Source: Bacteroidaceae bacterium | GTDB lineage: Bacteria > Bacteroidota > Bacteroidia > Bacteroidales > Bacteroidaceae | Assembly: GCA_023227685.1 (NCBI GenBank) | Contig: JALNVG010000001.1 | Coordinates: 1-47,146, forward strand | Direction: 5' to 3' | Length of the DNA stretch: 47,146 nt | Shown: piece by piece, positions 40,965 through 47,146 of the stretch | Position numbering within the stretch: position 1 is the stretch's first letter | How the letters are laid out: each line of letters begins with the position of its first letter | Notes under the pieces: model-generated | What the model saw: the letters and a program-made list of their open reading frames with translations, nothing else | Database searches by the model: none | Told to the model about the DNA's origin: nothing | Made by a program: the position numbers and the translations under genes

Positions 40965-42119
40965 CTATATCAAGCCCTTGATTTTACCTTCCAAAGTCTT
41001 CGGGTTATCTATACGAAATCTAAGTTCATTGTTACGATTGACCAAAAAATCCAAAGGTACTTGATTCACATTGTATAAAGAAACTGTAGTAGAATGAATA
41101 CCATTCCCATCACGTACGCAAATCCAAGGTAAATTATATGCCGAAGTTTTCCAAAAATGCTCATCTGCATCAAGAGATACTTGATAAATTTGTAAGCCCT
41201 TGCTTGCATACCTACTATATAAATCACGCAACATTAAATTATGAGCTGCCCCATAGGCTGATTGATAAACAGTAAAGTCTATCAACACTACCTGCCCCTT
41301 AAAATCAGTGAGATGATGTAATTTCTCTTTAACATCACGCAAAGCAATATCAATGACCCCGGTCTCTGAAATTTTGCTCTCAGGAATCTTAATTGTATCC
41401 CTTCTTACTTCACGCGTATTTTTCATCCCTTTAATAGCTATATTATAAAGATTCTTTGAACGGTCGGCATTGGGATATGCATTTGTCAAACTTGTAGCAA
41501 CCGCAGCAAAACATTTTACATCATCTTTACTATTGAGCGGATCAAAAATCAAATAGTTGTCGAGTTTCTGAAAGAGTGCATAATACGCTGCGGTTGTATT
41601 TGGGGCAGCATAAATATAATTAATTCTTACATCATTTTTAAACTGCCTAAGAAGAACAGAAAGACTGTCTTCAAAGACATTGCTTTTCATATGATTAGCA
41701 TTAACCATACTTCGTAAAGTATCTATCTTATCCTGCAAGCGGATTTGCAATAATGTCAACTCCTTAATTTTAGAACAATTTCGCGAACCCTCGACTTGAT
41801 AATTTGTCGAAAACCCCTCATATGGCGCATTAACACGTATTTTTTCTATTGAATCAATTGAAATATTGATTATCCGATTGTCATCCATTCTCAAGCGATA
41901 AAACTCAGGAGATTCTGGACGCGGTTGCTTAAAACTAAAGGAACCGTCAGCACCTAACTTTGTTGAATCCAATGTAACAATTCCACTCAGTGCAGAAGCT
42001 TCAAGATAAAGTTTCTTTCCCTTAGCACCGGAAATATTTCCGCTAACATTAAATTTTGGTCCTGTTTGGCAAGAGCTGAAAGCCATAACAGCAAGTGCAA
42101 AATAAATAACTTTCTTCAT
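40965..42119 (-). CDS. TlpA-like thioredoxin-fold lipoprotein (DUF4369-type N-domain) lacking the CXXC motif
   Basis: 384 aa with a lipobox (AFSSC). The C-terminal AhpC/TSA-TlpA-like fold (VVLIDF...QVSLD...LPW) carries YQSAYGAAH where WCGPC is expected. Confidence 0.78.
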   Translation of the reverse strand: MKKVIYFALAVMAFSSCQTGPKFNVSGNISGAKGKKLYLEASALSGIVTLDSTKLGADGSFSFKQPRPESPEFYRLRMDDNRIINISIDSIEKIRVNAPYEGFSTNYQVEGSRNCSKIKELTLLQIRLQDKIDTLRSMVNANHMKSNVFEDSLSVLLRQFKNDVRINYIYAAPNTTAAYYALFQKLDNYLIFDPLNSKDDVKCFAAVATSLTNAYPNADRSKNLYNIAIKGMKNTREVRRDTIKIPESKISETGVIDIALRDVKEKLHHLTDFKGQVVLIDFTVYQSAYGAAHNLMLRDLYSRYASKGLQIYQVSLDADEHFWKTSAYNLPWICVRDGNGIHSTTVSLYNVNQVPLDFLVNRNNELRFRIDNPKTLEGKIKGLI

Positions 42120-42143
42120 ATTATATTTCTATATTTCGAATTA

Positions 42144-42151
42144 CAAATATA
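42144..42151 (-). promoter_or_regulatory. Candidate -7 box (TATATTTG) for the TlpA-like gene
   Basis: TAnnTTTG match 25 nt upstream of the ATG. Confidence 0.45.
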
Positions 42152-42265
42152 CGTTTTTTCCTTTTTGTACAAAGTTTTTTGGAATCTTCTTCGTCTATTT
42201 TATAAAAAAAAACGTTTCCTATATATTTTTTTCTTGAAAATCACAGCTATAGCACCAGAAATACT

Positions 42266-42273
42266 TATCTTTG
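42266..42273 (+). promoter_or_regulatory. Candidate -7 box (TATCTTTG) for pnp
   Basis: TAnnTTTG match 39 nt upstream of the ATG. Confidence 0.45.
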
Positions 42274-42311
42274 CAAGAATATTTGATTGAAATAAACAGA
42301 AAAAAAAATTT

Positions 42312-44438
42312 ATGATTAATCCAATTGTTAAAACAATCGAGTTGGAAGATGGAAGAACCATTACACTCGAAACGGGAAAGTTGGCAAAACAGGCAGATGG
42401 TTCTGTTATGCTGCGCATGGGTAACACTATGCTGCTGGCTACTGTTTGTGCCGCTAAAGATGCAGTTCCCGGAACTGATTTCATGCCTTTACAAGTAGAG
42501 TATAGAGAAAAATACTCAGCATGTGGTAGATATCCTGGAGGATTCACCAAGAGAGAAGGAAGAGCTTCGGATTACGAGATATTGACCTGCCGGTTAGTAG
42601 ATCGCGCCCTCCGTCCCTTATTTCCCGACGATTACCACGCAGAAGTTTATGTAAATGTCATTCTCTTTTCAGCCGACGGTGTAGATATACCTGACGCCTT
42701 GGCCGGACTTGCAGCATCTGCTGCACTCTCCGTTTCCGATATTCCTTGGAATGGTCCTATTTCCGAAGTACGTGTAGCTCGGATAAATGGAGAATATGTA
42801 ATCAACCCTACTTTTAAACAATTGGAGAAAGCCGATATGGATTTGATGGTCGGCGCTACATATGACAACATCATGATGGTTGAAGGTGAGATGGATGAAG
42901 TTTCGGAAGCCGAACTGATTGAAGCAATGAAAGTTGCCCACAGAGCCATTAAGATTCAATGTAAGGCACAAATGGAACTAGCTAAAGAAGTCGGCAAAAC
43001 CGTTAAACGAGAATATCAACCTGAAGTTAATGATGAAGACCTACGTAAGGCTGTTCATAATGCTTGCTACCCAAAAACTTACGCCATAGCACAATCAGGC
43101 AATAAGGATAAACACGAACGCGAAGATGCTTTCAACGATATTGTTAATGAATTCAAAGCTCAATATACAGAAGATGAATTAGCCGATAAGGGTCCTTTGA
43201 TAGACCGTTATTATGCTGATGTAGAAAAAGAAGCCATGCGTCGCTGTATTCTTGACGAAGGCAAACGTTTGGATGGTCGTAAGACAACAGAAATTCGACC
43301 TATATGGTGCGAAGTCAATCCTCTTCCTGGCCCTCACGGATCAGCTATCTTCACTCGTGGTGAAACACAATCTTTAAGTACCGTTACATTAGGTACCAAA
43401 CTTGACGAAAAGATTCTTGATGGCGCACTGACACAAGGCAGGCAACGTTTTTTACTGCATTATAACTTTCCACCTTTTTGCACTGGTGAAGCTAAAGCTC
43501 AGCGTGGCACCGGTCGCCGTGAAATCGGTCATGGTCATTTAGCTTGGCGTGCATTAAAAAGGATGATTCCTCAAGATTATCCATATACCGTTCGTGTTGT
43601 TTCTGATATTTTGGAATCCAACGGTTCATCATCAATGGCTACCGTATGTGCCGGAACATTGGCACTAATGGATGCCGGCGTTCCTATTAGAAGACCCGTT
43701 TCAGGTATTGCCATGGGATTAATTAAAAATCCAGGAGAAGATAAATTTGCTGTTCTTTCCGATATCCTTGGTGATGAAGATCACCTTGGTGATATGGACT
43801 TTAAAGTTACCGGTACGAAAAACGGTATTACCGCTACACAAATGGATATTAAGGTAGACGGTCTGCCTTTTGATATCTTGGAAAAAGCTTTAAATCAGGC
43901 TAAAGAAGGACGTCAACACATATTAGGTAAGATATTGGAAACCATTCCTGAACCACGTGCAGAACTTAAACCTCATGCTCCACGTATTGAAGTAATGACT
44001 ATTCCTAAAGAATTCATCGGAGCTATCATAGGCCCGGGCGGTAAAATTATTCAAGGAATGCAGGAAAAGACAGGAGCTGTTATTACAATTGAAGAAACAG
44101 ACAATATCGGTCGTATCGAAATCTCCGGAACTAACAAACAATGTATAGATGATGCTACAGATATGATCAAGGCTATCGTTGCTATACCGGAAGTTGGCGA
44201 AGTTTACAAAGGTAAAGTACGTTCTATTATGCCTTATGGTGCATTTGTCGAATTTTTACCTGGCAAAGACGGATTACTTCACATCTCCGAAATCGCATGG
44301 AAGCGTTTGGAAACTGTAGAAGAAGCCGGAATTAAAGAAGGTGACGAAATTGAAGTTAAACTGATAGCTGTTGACCAAAAAACCGGCAAGTTTAAACTTT
44401 CAAGAAAAGCTTTACAGCCAAAACCTCCAATAGAATAA
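42312..44438 (+). CDS. pnp: Polyribonucleotide nucleotidyltransferase (PNPase)
   Basis: 708 aa with two RNase PH domains, a KH domain (GPGGKIIQ) and an S1 domain ([21 protein letters not shown]). Confidence 0.98.
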   Translation: MINPIVKTIELEDGRTITLETGKLAKQADGSVMLRMGNTMLLATVCAAKDAVPGTDFMPLQVEYREKYSACGRYPGGFTKREGRASDYEILTCRLVDRALRPLFPDDYHAEVYVNVILFSADGVDIPDALAGLAASAALSVSDIPWNGPISEVRVARINGEYVINPTFKQLEKADMDLMVGATYDNIMMVEGEMDEVSEAELIEAMKVAHRAIKIQCKAQMELAKEVGKTVKREYQPEVNDEDLRKAVHNACYPKTYAIAQSGNKDKHEREDAFNDIVNEFKAQYTEDELADKGPLIDRYYADVEKEAMRRCILDEGKRLDGRKTTEIRPIWCEVNPLPGPHGSAIFTRGETQSLSTVTLGTKLDEKILDGALTQGRQRFLLHYNFPPFCTGEAKAQRGTGRREIGHGHLAWRALKRMIPQDYPYTVRVVSDILESNGSSSMATVCAGTLALMDAGVPIRRPVSGIAMGLIKNPGEDKFAVLSDILGDEDHLGDMDFKVTGTKNGITATQMDIKVDGLPFDILEKALNQAKEGRQHILGKILETIPEPRAELKPHAPRIEVMTIPKEFIGAIIGPGGKIIQGMQEKTGAVITIEETDNIGRIEISGTNKQCIDDATDMIKAIVAIPEVGEVYKGKVRSIMPYGAFVEFLPGKDGLLHISEIAWKRLETVEEAGIKEGDEIEVKLIAVDQKTGKFKLSRKALQPKPPIE

Positions 44439-44460
44439 AATTCTTTTTAATAATATAAAA

Positions 44461-44493
44461 AAGCTCGGTCAAAAATATGACCGAGCTTTTTTA
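44461..44493 (+). terminator. Rho-independent terminator of pnp (bidirectional architecture)
   Basis: Perfect 11-bp stem AAGCTCGGTCA / TGACCGAGCTT, flanked by an upstream A-run and a downstream TTTTTTAT. Confidence 0.8.
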
Positions 44494-44544
44494 TTGTTTA
44501 TCACACAAAAAAAAACATTTCTCTATTTCTATAATTTCTCTATA

Positions 44545-44585
44545 TATGAAAAGGAATCGGAAAGTACCCCCATACTTTCCGATTC
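44545..44585 (-). terminator. Second hairpin in the pnp/buk spacer; possible terminator of buk or of a small RNA
   Basis: Perfect 13-bp stem GAATCGGAAAGTA (44554..44566) / TACTTTCCGATTC (44573..44585). The loop reads CCCCCA on the plus strand. On the minus strand it is followed by CTTTTCATAT. Confidence 0.45.
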
Positions 44586-44634
44586 AAAACAGTCTAAAAA
44601 TCGACCTTAATCAATTTATTAACTTAACACATCG

Positions 44635-44642
44635 CAAAGATA
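44635..44642 (-). promoter_or_regulatory. Orphan -7 box (TATCTTTG) with no downstream ORF
   Basis: TAnnTTTG match about 50 nt upstream (minus strand) of the 44554..44585 hairpin. Confidence 0.3.
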
Positions 44643-44825
44643 TAATAAAAATTCTTTGGTCGGGTATATTTACAAAAAAAATATTATAATTATATCCATT
44701 AAAAACGATAAAATAAAACAACGGAAAAATCAATTGAATTTATAAAAATCATTCACCAAGAGACTTTTAGATTATCATTGACCTATCTATTTTTGATATA
44801 CATTATAGTGTATCGTATTTTTCAT

Positions 44826-45887
44826 TTACTCATATATTTTTAAAGGAAGTTCACCTCTTAATGCACCGAGAGCATTCATAGCCAAAGCTTTCATCTCATT
44901 TTCTCCGGGATACACAAAAACCGGTGCGAGAAAAGAGATTCTTTTCTTTAATCGCTCAATTACATAATCGGAATAAGCGAGACCTCCGGTCAAGAGGATT
45001 GCATCAATCTTGCCATAAAGCACAACAGAAGCTGCGCCTATACCCTTGGCTATTTGATAAATCATGGCATCCATAACCAATTCCGCCTTTTTATCTCCTT
45101 GTTTGATTCGTTCAATAATAATAGGCACATCCGTAGTTCCCAAATAAGCAGATAATCCGGAATGACTAGTCAACCGACGTTTCAACTCGTTTTTAGAAAA
45201 CACGCCACTATAGCAAAGATCTATTAATTGGCCGAAAGGTACCGTACCCGAACGTCCCGGAGAAAAAGGACCTTCGCCATCAAGTGCATTATTGGCGTCA
45301 ATAGCTCGCCCGTGATTATGAACAGCAATAGAAATACCACCGCCTAAATGACAAACAATCAAATCGAGATTCTCGTAACGGGTGCCATGCTCACTGGCAT
45401 ATAAGCGGGCAATAGCTTTTTGATTCAAAGCATGCCAAATGGTTATTGACGGCATTAATGTCGTACCAGAGATACGGGCTACATCACTACGTTCATCCAC
45501 CACACCCGGATCAGCCATAAGAGCTTTACAGCCGGGGATTAGCTTTGCCAAATCATAAGCGATAAGAACTCCCAGATTACAAGCATGCATTCGGGTAGAA
45601 TGTTCCGTGTCGTACTTTAAAACCTCATTTATTTCATAAACACCACCTGACATCGGTTTAATCAATCCTCCCCGGCCGATAATCGCGTGAAAACGAAAAG
45701 CTATGCCGTGACTCTTCAGTTCACTCATTACAAGAGATTCACGGAAATCAAACTGTTCGGAGACCTCGGTAAAGGTGGCCAATTCTTCAATGGAGTGAGT
45801 TATATTACTTAAAAATATTAGATTTTCATCTTCATACACCGCTATCTTCGTAGATGTAGAACCGGGATTAATGGCTAGTATTTTCAT
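44826..45887 (-). CDS. buk: Butyrate kinase
   Basis: 353 aa with the ASKHA-family N-terminus MKILAINPGSTSTKIAVYE. Adjacent to ptb. Confidence 0.95.
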   Translation of the reverse strand: MKILAINPGSTSTKIAVYEDENLIFLSNITHSIEELATFTEVSEQFDFRESLVMSELKSHGIAFRFHAIIGRGGLIKPMSGGVYEINEVLKYDTEHSTRMHACNLGVLIAYDLAKLIPGCKALMADPGVVDERSDVARISGTTLMPSITIWHALNQKAIARLYASEHGTRYENLDLIVCHLGGGISIAVHNHGRAIDANNALDGEGPFSPGRSGTVPFGQLIDLCYSGVFSKNELKRRLTSHSGLSAYLGTTDVPIIIERIKQGDKKAELVMDAMIYQIAKGIGAASVVLYGKIDAILLTGGLAYSDYVIERLKKRISFLAPVFVYPGENEMKALAMNALGALRGELPLKIYE

Positions 45888-45893
45888 CTCGTT

Positions 45894-46808
45894 TCATGAT
45901 TTATCGGAAATTAAGCAACCCATGGCAAGACTATAATATTTAGTAAGGCCCGAATCACTGCGGGAGGTGACTACAACCGGTATGTCCGGTCCCTGCAAAA
46001 GTCCACCCATTTCAGCTCCTGCAAACAAAGTCATCGCCTTATAAAAGGTATTTCCCGATTCAAGATTGGGAAAGATCAATACATCAGCCTGTCCATTGAT
46101 CGGAGAAGAAATGCCTTTAATCTCGGCGCTCTCCTTGTCACAGGATGAAAGAACATCAAGCGGACCGTCAATGATCACATTCCCGAATTCACCGGCTTCG
46201 GCCAGTTCAACAATATTAACATAATCTAAAGAATGCGGAAATTTGGCACTCACCTTTTCCGTACAATGGATCAAAGAAATGCGCGGCTGCTCAATGCCAA
46301 ACTTGTGGCAAGCACGTATAGCATAGCCAATCATTTCCACCCGTTGCTTTAAAGTCGGACTCGGAATGACAGCCGCATCCGAAAAGAATAACAATTTGTC
46401 ATAAGACGGAATTTGCATCACAGCCAAATGCGTCAACAAACGTCCCTTAGGCAATAAGCCCCGTTCTTTATCGAGAACCGCATGTAGAAGATTATCGGTA
46501 TTAATAACACCTTTCATCAGAATATCCACCTTACCTTCGCGTCCCAAACGTACTCCTTCACAAGCCGCATCATCTGAATTATCAACAGGTATAATCTTAA
46601 TAAGCCCGGGATATTTCTTCAAAAGCGAAAAATGATTCAATATTTTAGCTTGCCCGATCAACACGAACGATGCGAGTTCCTCTTCTAGAGCACGCAATAT
46701 TGCATATTCACTATGTATATCATAAGGACAAACAACGGCAACACGTTTTCTTTGTGGACAACTTTTCAAATGATTTGTTAATTGAGAAAAATTTTTAATC
46801 GATATCAT
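45894..46808 (-). CDS. ptb: Phosphate butyryltransferase
   Basis: 304 aa, phosphate acyltransferase family, 6 nt upstream of buk. Confidence 0.92.
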   Translation of the reverse strand: MISIKNFSQLTNHLKSCPQRKRVAVVCPYDIHSEYAILRALEEELASFVLIGQAKILNHFSLLKKYPGLIKIIPVDNSDDAACEGVRLGREGKVDILMKGVINTDNLLHAVLDKERGLLPKGRLLTHLAVMQIPSYDKLLFFSDAAVIPSPTLKQRVEMIGYAIRACHKFGIEQPRISLIHCTEKVSAKFPHSLDYVNIVELAEAGEFGNVIIDGPLDVLSSCDKESAEIKGISSPINGQADVLIFPNLESGNTFYKAMTLFAGAEMGGLLQGPDIPVVVTSRSDSGLTKYYSLAMGCLISDKS

Positions 46809-47048
46809 ATAATAAGTGTTTAAAACAAATATCAGGAAAATAATTTATATACCAATGGACTTTTCAAAGAATATTCATGCATACAATAGCATTCTGACAG
46901 ATATTAACCTTTCTGCCCGACAGATAAGCCTCTCAACTGACAAAGTAAGCCAATTATTTTATCTGATAAAAATAAACAATTACTTTTAGTTTGTTGTTAC
47001 CTATTACAATATTAAATTAAAATATAAATAATAAATTATCACGGAATC

Positions 47049-47146
47049 ATGAATATCACATTTCCTCCTTATTTAAAAGAAAACGACAAAGTAATAATTT
47101 TATCACCGTCAAGCAAAATAGACAAACAATTCATTGAAGGAGCTAA
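47049..47146 (+). CDS. LD-carboxypeptidase-like (peptidase S66) protein, 5' fragment cut by the window end
   Basis: My translation of the open frame from the ATG is MNITFPPYLKENDKVIILSPSSKIDKQFIEGA, which resembles the N-terminus of muramoyltetrapeptide carboxypeptidases. Confidence 0.45.
   Translation, partial: MNITFPPYLKENDKVIILSPSSKIDKQFIEGA

Noticed and set aside
42200-42550. A 116-aa minus-strand ORF across the pnp start, plus antisense ORFs inside pnp (42647..42971, 43923..44141).
   Set aside because: These are shadow ORFs of a conserved gene.
44477-44689. A 70-aa plus-strand ORF in the pnp/buk spacer.
   Set aside because: It starts inside the pnp terminator hairpin and is AT-rich and low-complexity. 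The region is better explained as non-coding (see the sRNA candidate).

Overview
This 47.1 kb, AT-rich window is chromosomal DNA from a Bacteroidota organism, most likely Bacteroidales. The assignment rests on protein content, a near-absence of Shine-Dalgarno sequences, and repeated TAnnTTTG -7 promoter boxes. Almost all of it is core housekeeping sequence.

Gene content, in order along the window:
- An IS5-family insertion sequence lies at the left edge (transposase 73..1410).
- The conserved translation/transcription supercluster follows on the minus strand. In transcription order it is rpsU, a XerC-like recombinase, hpf, tRNA-Thr/Tyr/Gly/Thr, tuf, tRNA-Trp, secE, nusG, rplK, rplA, rplJ, rplL, rpoB and rpoC.
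- Next come waaA-gltX, a 7TM-HD (PgpH-like) hydrolase, priA, a small beta-barrel outer membrane protein, tRNA-Ser and rmuC.
- A four-gene cassette follows: DUF4252, ECF sigma, single-pass membrane protein, DUF4252.
- Then an LTA-synthase/sulfatase-family protein, DUF2795, a PduO-type adenosyltransferase, DUF1460, a CPA2 antiporter, a POT peptide transporter, an MFS transporter and tRNA-Leu.
- The right part holds a mannose-1-phosphate guanylyltransferase, a HIT protein, greA, a TlpA-like lipoprotein, pnp, buk-ptb and the 5' end of an LD-carboxypeptidase-like gene.

I found no CRISPR array, prophage, defence island or clearly novel multigene system. The window reads as an ordinary core region.

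The observations most worth follow-up are:
1. The uncharacterised DUF4252/ECF-sigma cassette, whose first two frames overlap across an A8 tract.
2. An 82-bp element with perfect 18-bp terminal inverted repeats enclosing two TATCCGGATA palindromes.
3. An intrinsic-terminator-like hairpin inside the greA leader, followed by a rare strong SD. This resembles the E. coli GraL arrangement.
4. An orphan promoter box plus terminator hairpin in the pnp/buk convergent spacer, which is a candidate sRNA.
5. A TlpA-like thioredoxin-fold lipoprotein that lacks the CXXC motif.

Coordinates derived by hand (tRNAs, hairpins, motifs) were anchored on neighbouring start and stop codons but may be off by 1-2 nt.
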